Source: Cirrosporium novae-zelandiae (lineage: Eukaryota). Taken from it: 64,000 nucleotides of DNA. The notes beneath the pieces are model-generated. The model did not search any database and was not told where the DNA came from. It worked only from the letters and a program-made list of their open reading frames with translations. Positions within the stretch are counted from its first letter, which is position 1; every line of letters begins with the position of its first letter. The stretch is from the NCBI GenBank assembly GCA_026023565.1, contig JAPETS010000016.1, positions 186,001 to 250,000 of the forward strand, given 5' to 3'. The position numbers and the translations under genes were made by a program. Below, piece by piece: positions 26,701-38,250 of this stretch.

Positions 26701-29700
26701 TTCCCCTGGATCCACATCCGTAATAGTAAAAGGGCGAGCATCATGATTGTTATATGTCTTGTTAAAATTCATTCTCTTCCGGGGCATAAGTAGATGGTGC
26801 TGGAATTTGGCTGAACCCTTGCCAAGGTAGATAATGTACGCTGTGCTAAGAGGAGCACCGGGAAACGAAGGTCTTGGCACTCCTTCATCAACTCCTGTGA
26901 CAGAAATGCCACAACTCAAAGCCAGTTCCTTCAGGTCAGTTACAATCTTTTTATGCTGTTCAGTCATCTGGATAAACCGATAGGTATTATGAGACTTGAC
27001 GTAGGTACCATCACTATCAATTAGACCGGCAATGACAGCAAGGCGTGAGTCCTCATCAGCCTGCATATATGCCGCAGGAATCCCATGGCTTTTGTTTTCA
27101 AGAACCCCAAGGTTCCGGAGACCATCTAGGACAGGATTTGCCCAGTAGCCCTCTCCATGCTGAGGGCACACTATCTTGTATTCATAGACATCAACATTTT
27201 GTGCATACCCATTCCTCAGAACCGTACCAGCTGGATATATTAGACGTTCAGACATTTGGAGGGCGCGAGCACCTGGTGGCCTGTTGCTATTAAGTCGATT
27301 AAGGTATGAATGCAACCAGACGGCAACCTCGCGATCAGAGCTGGAAATCCCAGTATTACCAGCATAGCCGTCACCAAGCCATAACCCCAAGAAATATGGA
27401 TCAACCAGGAGAGAGCGCTGTGGAGAGATTATAGTAGGGTTGAAGGCAGGCTTTGCGCGATAGAGCTTTATATGCGTGCGTTTGACCTCCTTACTGCACA
27501 TTTTCTCGTACTCCTCAACAGTCATCCTATATTCGTCCCCGTTACGAACAATGAAGGGATCAATGAGATAGTGATGGTCTCCAAGGAGAATTGAATGTGC
27601 AAGTTGAGCTTGCTCAGCTGTTTTGAAAGTGCGGAAAACTTTACGAAAGCCACTACATTGACAATCGGTGTTCAGGGATGCCTGAACAGCAGCAAAGCGG
27701 TTCTCGGCTGGAATTCCCATGTCCAATGATGAAGAATCAACGAAGGAAGTATCTAGCATGGAAGTGTCAATCAAAGATGTATTCGGAGAAGTAGAATCAT
27801 CTAGGATATCCTGAACCGCGGCCGCGATCTTCGGACTAGCAGGGGGAGAACTTGGCAGCACTGGTGAAGAAGGACGCCAAAGACCAGGCTGAGAACTTGA
27901 ACTTGGCAACTTCAAGTCCACAAAAGGCCTTGGTAGATCAATATCGAAGACTTCGGTTGTAGTATCAGCACCGTCAATGTTGATAGAATCGAGTTCCTCG
28001 ATCTGGCTGCCTAGAGTAGGCATCTGCTCTAGATAACGATCCATAGCGGCGTGCATAGCCTCTCGAACCAACCCAGGCGCGTTAGCAAGCTCTCGATCAG
28101 CAGTAACCCTAAGATATTCATCGATACGATCTGAATAATCCAGGTGACCACGGTGATAATGCTGGTCAAGGATAGTCTCGATGTGGCTGTGAACAGCCTC
28201 ATAATCAGGATGATCGTCACCATCAACAAGATCATGATAGAACGAGTCACTTAGCATGTCCAAGTGAAGGTCAATTGCTTCTCTCATTGTGTGCTTTCGG
28301 TCACACTGGGTAAGCCAGGTGACACTGTTCCGGCTCAGTGATGGTTGTACGCCGGCGGCGATAAGTGTAAGTTGATGATCTGGAGTACACTTGAAAGATA
28401 CACTTTGACGGGAATCAAATTCCTGATATTTAATCTCCTTCAAATTCCCAGTCTCCGGTGGAGAAACACCAATGCAAATTACAGGATGGTCGGCCGCATT
28501 ATAAAGGATATCGCCGATGTTGATATCTGCAACAGACTTAACACCAATACTCGTGCGTACAGGCGTGCCTGAACTTAAACACTTCCTCATCATGATGCAG
28601 CCCATGGCAATCAACGGAGTGGTCGCGAAGCCCCACTCCTCAGCTCCGAGTAGGCATGCAATAGCAACATCACGGCCGGTTCGAATCTGTCCATCCGTCT
28701 GTACAACAACACGTCCTCGAAGATCGTTTAAAACAAGAGTCTGGTGGGTTTCGGCAAGACCTAGCTCCCAAGGGAGGCCGGCGTACTTGATACCGGTCCA
28801 TCGAGATGCGCCAGTACCTCCATCATGACCAGAAATCAATATGTGATCAGCTTTGGCTTTTGCAACACCAGAGGCAACAATGCCAACACCAGTCTCGGAT
28901 ACAAGTTTGACAGATACACGAGCCCGAGGATTAGAGCACTTGAGGTCATAAATGAGTTGCTTTAAATCTTCAATGGAATAGATGTCGTGGTGGGGAGGGG
29001 GGGAGATGAGACCAACACCCGGAGTGGAATGTCGGGTATGAGCAATTGGTCCAGACACCTTATGCCCTGGAAGCTCTCCACCTTCGCCTGGCTTAGCCCC
29101 CTGTGCCATCTTGATTTGAAGTTCATCTGCATCTGCAAGATAGTTTGAAGTAACACCAAAGCGACCAGACGCAATTTGTTTGATCGAGGAACGCATTGTG
29201 TCACCATTGTCTAGGATAGCACTTCGTTCTGAGTCTTCACCCCCTTCTCCAGTGTTTGATTTTCCACCCAGCCTGTTCATTGCTAAAGCGAGAGTTGAAT
29301 GTGATTCCATTGAGATAGAACCATAGGACATAGCACCGGTTACGAACCGACGAACAATTTCTGTCCAGGGTTCAACTTGCTCGATGGGGACAGGCGTCGC
29401 CCTGTCAAAATCAAAGTCAAGCAGACCTCGAAGAGTACAGTCTTTGATTCGCTCATATTCAACGAGAGAATAAGCCTCGTATGATTTGTCATTTTTCGTT
29501 CGAACTGCGTCTTGGATGTTGGCAATGGCCGCTGGGTCATTGATGTGTGGTTCACCACCATCCCGCCAATGGTATTCTCCTGTCTCCGCAAGGCCTGGAA
29601 CTTCCCAAATTTTCCTTGATGGGAAGCCATTCTCATGGAATGCTAAGGCATCTTGGGCAATTAGTTCGAAAGTCAAACCTCGAACACGGGTAGCAGTTCC

Positions 29701-32264
29701 GGTAAAACATCTATCAACAACACTGTTGTCTACACCAAGTGCTTCGAAGATTTGCGCTCCCTTGTAGCTTTGCAAGGTCGAGATACCCATCTTGCTCATG
29801 ACTTTCAAGATCCCGCCATCGCAAGAGTACTTATAATTCTGGATAACTTGTTCGTCAGATAAACGCTTTCTAATGAGTTTTTCACGATTCATCTTGAGGA
29901 TACACTCCATGGCCAGGTATGGGCAAATACCATCTGCGCCATAGCCTAGAAGAACACACATATGGTGCACTTCTCGAGCTTCGCCAGTTTCGACGATCAA
30001 TGCAGCAAGCGATCGCCATTTATTACGAACCATGTGGTGATGAACCAGGCCAGTGGCGAGGAGAGCAGAAACAGGAACACGATCAGCACAAATTGCACGA
30101 TCAGAGAGTACGAGAATCTTATCGCCTGCTTCAATACCGGCTGTTACCTCATCGCATATCCGATCGAGGGCATTCATGTACCCGTCAATGCCTTCAGATT
30201 TAGGGAATGTGATATCAATGATCTTTACAGCCCAGTCAGAGTACAAAGAGGAGACATTAATCAGAGCATTGAACTCGTCAATAGCAAGTATTGGGGAGGG
30301 TAACAGTAGACGGTTGCATTGCGAAGGGTCCATCTCGAGTAGATTTCCTTGAGGACCGACATAGCACTCCAGAGACATGACAATGGCTTCTCGAATAGGG
30401 TCAATTGGTGGGTTTGTCACCTGGGCGAAAAGCTGTCTAAAATATTCATAGAGCAATCTCGGTTGTTGGGCTAAACAGGCTAGAGGAGCATCATTACCCA
30501 TAGAACCTAACGCCTCCTTTGAGTCTGCGGCCATTGGGCCAAGTAGGAGACTGACTTGCTCAAACGAATAACCGAAAGCTTTGAGCAATGGATCTGATTG
30601 GAGGTTGACGTCGTCTAGCTTCCAGGCGAGGTTCATGCCTTGCTCTGTTAGCTGTTGGTAAACCCCTGGGAGAGTGACAAGTTGGTTCATCACCCATGAT
30701 TGGAAAGGATGGCGATGTGCAATGGTTGTTTTGAGCTCAGCATCATCTACAATACGGCCTTCTAGGGTATCAACCAATAGCATCTTTCCAGGCTGTAGGC
30801 GACCTTTTTGGACGACTCGTTCCGGATCAATATGGATCGTGCCAACCTCAGACGCGCATACAATTCTATCGTCATCGGTAACATAGTAACGGCAAGGTCT
30901 CAGTCCATTTCTATCGAGATTTGCGCCACAGTACCTACCATCAGCAAACGTGAAGAGAGCTGGGCCATCCCAAGGTTCCATCTGGCATGCTGCCCATTCA
31001 TAAAATGCGGCTTTTGCTGGATCCATGGCAGTATTTCCTTGCCAAGCCTCTGGGACCAACAGCATAACTGCTTCTGGCAAGGAGAGAACGCCGTTAATAA
31101 CTAAGAGTTCCAAAACGTTATCAAAGGCTGCGGAGTCTGATCCACCATCTTCAATGATGGGATACATTGAGTCTAAATCCTCCCCAAAATATTTTGATTT
31201 CATCACACCTTCACGTGCTCTCATCCAATTTTTATTCCCCCGCAGGGTGTTAATTTCTCCATTATGAGCGGCCCACCGTAACGGTTGTGCACGATCCCAA
31301 CTAGGGAATGTATTGGTAGAGAACCGTGAGTGTACGAGAGCAAAGTGACCCTCATAGTCGGCATTAACGAGATCATAGTAATAATCATAAACCTGTGAAG
31401 GAGACAATTGACCTTTATATACAATGTTCTTGTTGCTTAGGGAGCAAAGGTAGAACCAATTGTGAAGACCAATTTGATGCGTGGCACGTTTTCTAAGGAC
31501 ATATAATTGACGTTCAAAGGCAGTTTCGTCAAAGTTTTCGGGATCGATGGATTCAGGTTTGTTACCATTGCCGTACGCAGAACGCAACACCACAAATGGC
31601 TGCAGGATGATGGGTTCCCGCGATAGGGCGGCAGGGCCTAAAAGAGTAGAATCACGGGGAACTTCTCTCCAGCCAAGCACTCTGAGACCAATCGATGTAG
31701 CAATTTCCCCGAATTTGTCGAGCGAATCTTGAAGGGCTTCGGTATCTGGTTTGAAAAACAAATTTCCAGCCGCATACTGCCCCAGAGGTGGCAATTCTAC
31801 ATCATTCTCCCGTGCAAAATTCTTTACAAAGAACTTGTGGGGGATCGAGGTCATGACACCAGCACCATCGCCATCTCTTGCATCCGATCCAACCGCCCCA
31901 CGATGGGTCATATTACAGAGGAGATTCCGTGCTAGGAATCTTGGTTAGTTTATACTCGAGTAATGGGAGCAAACCATATACTTACCATCTTTAACGATCT
32001 TGTGGCTTACCTTGCCCTTGATATGACTATCACCAATGTCAGTGTTTTGAGATGGGTTTCTGAACCGGAACTTGAGATGACTCACGCAGCGAAACCTACA
32101 CCACAGGCATCTTTCTCATATTCAGGATCATAGAGACCCTGCTTCACCGGGAGGGCTCCAGCCCACGACTTGTTAGCGGGAGTCTCATTATAGTTGTAAA
32201 TATTGACAGGTTCATCCTCAGTCTGTTCGGGGCGTGGTCCATAAATGTTCTCCAAGAGACCCAT
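23740..32264 (-). CDS. GLT1: NADH-dependent glutamate synthase (fused alpha/beta), 4 exons (32264-32086, 32026-31986, ~31932-23957, ~23899-23740); precursor contains an intein
   Basis: EKDACGVGF (Ntn Cys), HRGA, HSRFSTNT, QGAKPGEGG, GCIMMRK..CHLNTC, RCMDCGVPFC, GSGPAG, GGGDTG, GDCRRGQSLIVW/GINEGRQAA. Confidence 0.99.
26638..28581 (-). mobile_element. GLT1 intein (648 aa) with LAGLIDADG homing endonuclease
   Basis: In-frame 1944-nt insert between ..GCIMMRK and CHLNTCPVG. Block A CLSSGT, block B FKCTPDHQL, block C PYFLGLWLGDG (27367-27399), block E IAGLIDSDG (27007-27033), block H DLKELALSCGI, block G LANRLVVEN/C. Confidence 0.97.
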
Positions 32265-34564
32265 CCTACGGTCAGAAGCCGAAGGAAGGATACTTGAGGA
32301 GAGATTTCGAAAGCTGTTAAACAAGTTTGATTTCGGTTGCAAACGCGATGGCTCGCTGAATTTTCTTTGTTGGATTTTTGAGTCGGAGAGTAATTTTCTG
32401 GAAATTGGTCAATTGTGTGGGGGGGTTTTTTTTTCAGTGGGAAGTAGAAAGGAAAAAGAGAGGAGAAGATCAGAAGCAAGCGGCAAAGAAAAAGACGTTT
32501 CGGTAGTGTAAAGTCTGGTTCGATAGGTGGGGAGGAGAGAGTCTACACAGTACTGGATACTGGGAAATTCAATGATTAGGAATTTAGTAAATGCTCTGAT
32601 AAGAGAGGCCGCCCAATCATAGTGGGGGCTTTGTTATTTTACATTTCCGCTTTTTCCAATCCACCCACGCTGAGTGACTGGAATAACGAACGGATCATAG
32701 ATGGGCCTTTTTCTTGACCAAAATAACCTCTTCCCCGTGTCAGTCATACATCGTTTTAACTTTCGCTGTTTTCCCTTCCTTTGACCCCATACATAGTAAT
32801 CATCTGGTACAAAATAAATACTTGTAATTAAATCATTCAGCTCCCATTCGGGCGGATGCGGCCTTGACTCTGGAAATCATCGGCAAATGTCGGAGGGAGG
32901 AAAGGTGGGAAGGCCTCCCCAAGGACCCAAGGACCCAAGGACTCAAGGACTGAAGGACTGAAGGGATCCCTGAGTGCCTGAGTCCCTGGGTTGTCGGGTT
33001 TTACGGGTTTCGAGATCTTCCCCACGCTTTAATGAACTGCGATTTCGGATTCAGACCTTGTTAAGGCCCGTGAAACCCGTAAGACCCACTCATGGCGCTG
33101 TTAGCTCACCAGCTCCGCGGGTTTCTACTACGCACACCGTACACTAATTGGAAACCTTGAAATCTAGGAATCCAAGACCCTATTCCCCCGATGTCGGATG
33201 GATTGTTCATGTATTTCCAATACCTCAATACCAAAAGGCCACGAAGACTTTTTTTTTTCATCAGACTCCACTTGACAAAAACTAATCATCATCTGCGCCC
33301 TCCTCTCGCCCTTTTCAGGTTGCATCTAAGTTACTGAGTATCACAAATTGATAGGTATTCCTTTACTGAAACGGGGTTAATGTTCCCCATATTGATTGCC
33401 TTATCCACCAAACCTATTTTGGAACCCTCTGCAGTAAGTTTCTTCTAATCGGCCTTGCAAAATTGAAATAAAATCCAATTAGGCTATAAAATTCATCTTT
33501 ATTTTCCATCGCCCTCCCTCACCATTTCCAGTCGAAGGCCATGTCAAAACTACATATAGTTTTCGCCAGCTTATTATGACGATCTTAAGAAAGCTTGTGC
33601 TGATGCTTCTCCGCAACCGTCCAAGCCCTTTGCATATTCTGTCCATCAAATACATTTCACTAGGTGATTGACAATATGCTCGAATATTAATTGTAGAGGA
33701 GGGTCGGCAAAGTTTCTGGGAACGTGGAGGGGAAAGATAAAATCGATCAAAAGGAAATCCATTCATTGAAATATGCTTTAGAAAGAACTGGAGAAAGTGT
33801 TTGATCTACAAGCACACCATCCATGCAATCCTCATAGGCGAACCCTGGAGGTCAATTACATCATCATTATCACCATCCTGTACCTTTGCGATAAGAAGGT
33901 GAGAAGGTACGGAAGGACAAGGCACAGAAACACAGAAAGTAGCTTCTGCCCTATCCCTGTGTAGTATAATCTCATGTCCTTTGTATATCATGTACTTTGA
34001 TGGGTAGAGAGAAAGCGACCGGATCCAGAAGAACCGAACAGTGATCCTCGGGAGGTCTTCAAACAAAATCAGGTTATAATTCAAATCAATTTTCATTCAA
34101 AGCTGATTTTGCTAGAAGGCCTCCCGAGATTCTTCTCTGATCCTACTTTTTGGGTGTAGAGTTGAGGTCTGATCTCTTTCATTTCTACTTCCAAAGTACC
34201 CATAGAAAAATAGAGATAGGTTTTTTGCCATCTATGTTTATTTCATTACTTTCTCCCTCTAATCGAATACGTTCAATAACGGTACAAAAGTATGAAGGAT
34301 CTAACGACTCACGCTGTCATGCATGTTTATTCGATCAATACACAATAACGCAATTCTAAGGAATTCGACGCGAACTGCCAAACAAGACCACAATTGCTGG
34401 GATGGGTTTATGTGTGCCTTGTGAGTTCCTGGGCGTCGTGATTTTGGTCTCGGCATTGCCGTTTAGATTTTGGTGTGTCTGGGCAAGCCTGTACCTTGCA
34501 TCTTATTCGTGGTTGGAACGGAATTTCTGGGCGCCGAGGTGGAGATAGCAAAGCCGCCCAGCGC

Positions 34565-34704
34565 GCCAAGCCATCTTTTGCCATCCCGCTCCGCTCCTCC
34601 CTAAGACTAACACCAATGCCAAGAGTAAATAATGAATCCTGACCAGTCATTTCGGCCTTTGTACATTTATTCATAAGATACAAGTCATGCGTCACTCAGC
34701 CAAG
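34565..34704 (+). promoter_or_regulatory. Cluster of three PacC/Rim101 consensus sites (GCCAAG)
   Basis: GCCAAG at 34565, 34618 and 34699, about 240-380 bp upstream of the ENA-type ATPase ATG. Confidence 0.65.
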
Positions 34705-34944
34705 CTTGATGATGGCTGCCTTCAGTATCAGTGCGTATCAGCGGTCGATAAGGGTGGGCTGTTCCAACGTTGATCATGGATTCGGATCATTTCACATGCT
34801 TATAAAAGACATGCTCTTCCATTTTCATTCTAGGGTTGTTCTATGGATCTATAGATTCAATTGATGAGATGAAATCATAAACTTGATGATATTTTCTTCT
34901 TTGTTTATTACCCCGCATCTATCTACCAACATTATATGTACACA

Positions 34945-37900
34945 ATGGGTACGAATGATGAGAAGAACCAACTTGCTGTCCAGAGCAACGACAGCAGGTC
35001 TATTCTCTCTGCTCCAGCATATGCCTTACCCTATGATCGAGTTGTTCGACAGCTATCTACTAATGTAGATGATGGCCTTCACAATGCTGAGGCTGAAGGG
35101 CGCCTCCAAAAGTATGGAACAAATGAACTTGAAGGTGGCTCGGGTGTTCAGCTTTGGAAGGTCATCCTAGAGCAAATTTTCAATGCCATGGTCCTAGTTC
35201 TCATTGTTTCTATGATCGTCTCATTTGCTATTCAATCATGGATTGAAGGGGGGGTTATTACGACTGTGATAGCTCTCAATGTTATTGTTGGGTCTTATCA
35301 GGAGTATGGTGCTGAGAAGACTATGGATTCGTTGAGATCCTTGAGCTCCCCCTCTGCAACCGTTGTCAGGGATGGCAAATCCTTTGTAATTCCCAGCATG
35401 AAACTGGTTCCTGGAGACCTGATTGAACTTAAAATGGGTGATACTATTCCAGCCGACGTTAGGTACATATCTATTCCTAGGACTTAGACTTGACAGGATC
35501 AACTAATATTGAAGAATTATATAGGCTTGTTGAAGCAAAGAACTTTGAAGCAGACGAAGCTCTGCTCACTGGCGAATCGCTTCCAGTTGCAAAATCGGCC
35601 GACTCTATATTCGACGAAGATACCGGACCTGGTGATCGCTTGAACATGGCTTACTCCCCAACAACCGTCACAAAAGGACGAGCCCTTGGGGTTGTCATTG
35701 CAACCGTAGGACAATGCCACCGTTTATGCAGCACAGTGCTAACAGAAGCAGGGTATGATGACTGAAATCGGACAAATCGCAAAAGCCCTTCAAGGCAAAG
35801 AATCCCGTCGACGTCCTGTTAAACGTGCATCTAACGGTAAAGCCAAACTGCATCAATATGTTCGAGCATATATCCTGACTGTTTGGGATATGATCAATCG
35901 CTTCCTTGGAACGAGTGGTGGAACCCCCCTGCAACAGAAGCTTGCTCGTTTGGCCTTGCTTCTATTCGTTGTTGCTGTCGTCTTTGCAATCATCGTCGAG
36001 GCAAGCAATAGATTTTCAAATAACCCAGAGGTTATTATATATGCAGTTGCTACGGGTCTTAGCATGATACCTGCTTCATTGGTCGTTGTGTTGACTATCA
36101 CAATGGCTGTAGGGACAAGAATTATGGTCCAGAGAAATGTCATTGTCAGAAAGCTCGATTCACTAGAAGCACTAGGTGCTGTGACAAATATTTGCTCGGA
36201 CAAAACCGGAACTATTACTCAGGGTATGTATCACTCATCTTTAGGCGAAGACTTCACTAAATCATCGACAGGCAAGATGGTCGTCAAAAGAGCATGGATT
36301 CCCGCTCACGGTACTTATTCCGTCGGTCAATCTTCCGACCCCTTGAACCCTGATGAAGGCAGCCTCCTCTTCGCCCCCGAGGAACCTTCTAAACTGAAAG
36401 GTGATTGGGAAGCTGACACAAAACCTCAACACTACTCTGACCTGCTCTCCAACAATAACACGCTAAAGAACTTTCTCAACGTCGCATCCCTTGCAAATGT
36501 TTCCAAGTTACATCAAAACGCTGGAGGGGAATGGACAGCTCAAGGTGACCCAACAGAAATCGGATTCATGGTCTTCGCGAGTCGATTTGACTGGAACCAA
36601 GAACGCTGGGTCAAAGGGGAAAACCCCACCTGGCAGTCAATTTACGAATTTCCCTTTGATTCCGACATCAAGAAAATGTCTGTCGTCTTCAGAAATTTAA
36701 CCAAGGATTCGGAGAGCTCCAAAGAATGGGTCTTTAGTAAAGGTGCAGTGGAGCGAATCTTGGCCTCGTGCGATTCAATCGCTATGCATGAAGACGAAGA
36801 GGCCATTCCACTCACAGATGAAATAAAGGAGAGAATTCTTACCAATATGGAAGCTCTGGCCGCTGGCGGCCTCCGTGTCCTCTCCCTAGCCTACAAGCCC
36901 TGGACTTCAACCTCCACCTCTACCGAAATTCCCCGCTCCGAAGTCGAATGTGATCTGACCTTTCTCGGGCTCATCGGACTGTACGATCCTCCGCGTCCTG
37001 AATCTGCCGGAGCCGTAGCTTCTTGCCATACAGCCGGGATAAACGTGCACATGGTAACAGGCGACCACCCGGCAACCGCACAAGCTATTGCAAAGCAAGT
37101 TGGGATCCTTCCGGCAAACATGCATCTACTCGCTGCCGATGTCTCAACCTCCCTCGTGATGACGGCAAGCCAATTCGATAGACTCTCAGACGACGAAATC
37201 GACGCCCTGCCTTCTTTACCCTTGGTAATAGCACGCTGTGCACCCAACACCAAAGTAAGAATGATCAGCGCACTACACCGGCGGCGAGCATTCAGTGCCA
37301 TGACGGGCGATGGGGTGAACGACTCCCCCTCCCTAAAGGCAGCCGACGTCTCCATCGGAATGGGGTCGGGCAGTGACGTAGCCAAATCAGCCTCGGCCAT
37401 CATCCTAACGGACAACAACTTCGCCAGCATCCTCAACGCCATCGAAGAAGGGCGACGGATCTTCTCCAACATCCAAAAATTCGTCCTGCACCTCCTCACG
37501 CAAAATATCGGTCAGGCGTGCACGCTGCTCATCGGTCTTGCCTTCAAAGATGAAGTCGACATGTCCGTGTTCCCCCTCAGCCCCGTCGAGATCCTCTGGA
37601 TCATCATGATCGCCTCGTCCTTCCCAGCCATGGGTCTCGGCATGGAACCTGCCGCCCCGGACAGCATGACGCGACCGCCCCATTCACTGAAAGCGGGCGT
37701 CTTCACCTGGGAAGTCGTACTGGACATGCTCGTGTACGGCGCCTGGATGGCGGTCTTGTGTCTGTCCTCGTTCATCCTCGTGATCTGGGGCTGGTCCAAC
37801 GGCGACCTAGGCGTCAACTGCAACGACGCGTACTCGGCTCGTTGTGACGACGTCTTCGGCGCCCGCGCCACCGGTTTCGTCTGCATGACGTGGTTTTCCC

Positions 37901-38250
37901 TACTCCTCGCCTGGGAGGTCGTCCACCTACGCCGCAGCTTCTTCCTCCTCCACCCATCCCCCTCCTTCCGCCACAACCTAACCCAGTGGACCCGCGACGT
38001 CTGGGCCAATCGCTTCCTGTTCTGGGCCGTGGTCGCTGGATTCATCACCGTGTTTCCCGTGCTGTATATTCCGGTCATCAACCGCAAGGTGTTTAAGCAC
38101 GAAAGTATCGATTGGGAATGGGGTATCGTGTTTATTGAATCTGTTCTGTTTGTCATGGGGATCGAAACGTGGAAGTGGGCGAAGCGAGTTTATTTCCGGA
38201 GGAGGGGTGGTGATCGGGCGAGGGATCCGGAGGAGGGTGTTGCGAATTGA
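34945..38250 (+). CDS. ENA1: ENA-type (P2D) Na+/K+-efflux P-type ATPase; introns ~35463-35524, 35706-35751, 36224-36271
   Basis: QEYGAEKTMDSLRSLSSP, TGES, SMIPASL, CSDKTGT, EFPFDSDIKKMS, KGAVERI, DPPR, TGDGVNDSPSL. Confidence 0.93.

Noticed and set aside
26638..28581. GLT1 insert as a spliceosomal or group I intron
   Set aside because: It is in frame, stop-free, lacks GT/AG ends and has protein-splicing blocks A, B and G.
32077..32870. Gcn4/CpcA (TGACTC) and GATA sites around the GLT1 5' region
   Set aside because: The full TGACTCA coincides with the intron-1 donor (GTGAGTCA). The others are isolated hexamers expected by chance.
36891..38156. 200-aa minus-strand ORFs opposite ENA1 (also 21032-21730 opposite TRS65)
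   Set aside because: Shadow ORFs of GC-rich coding sequence with no recognisable motifs.
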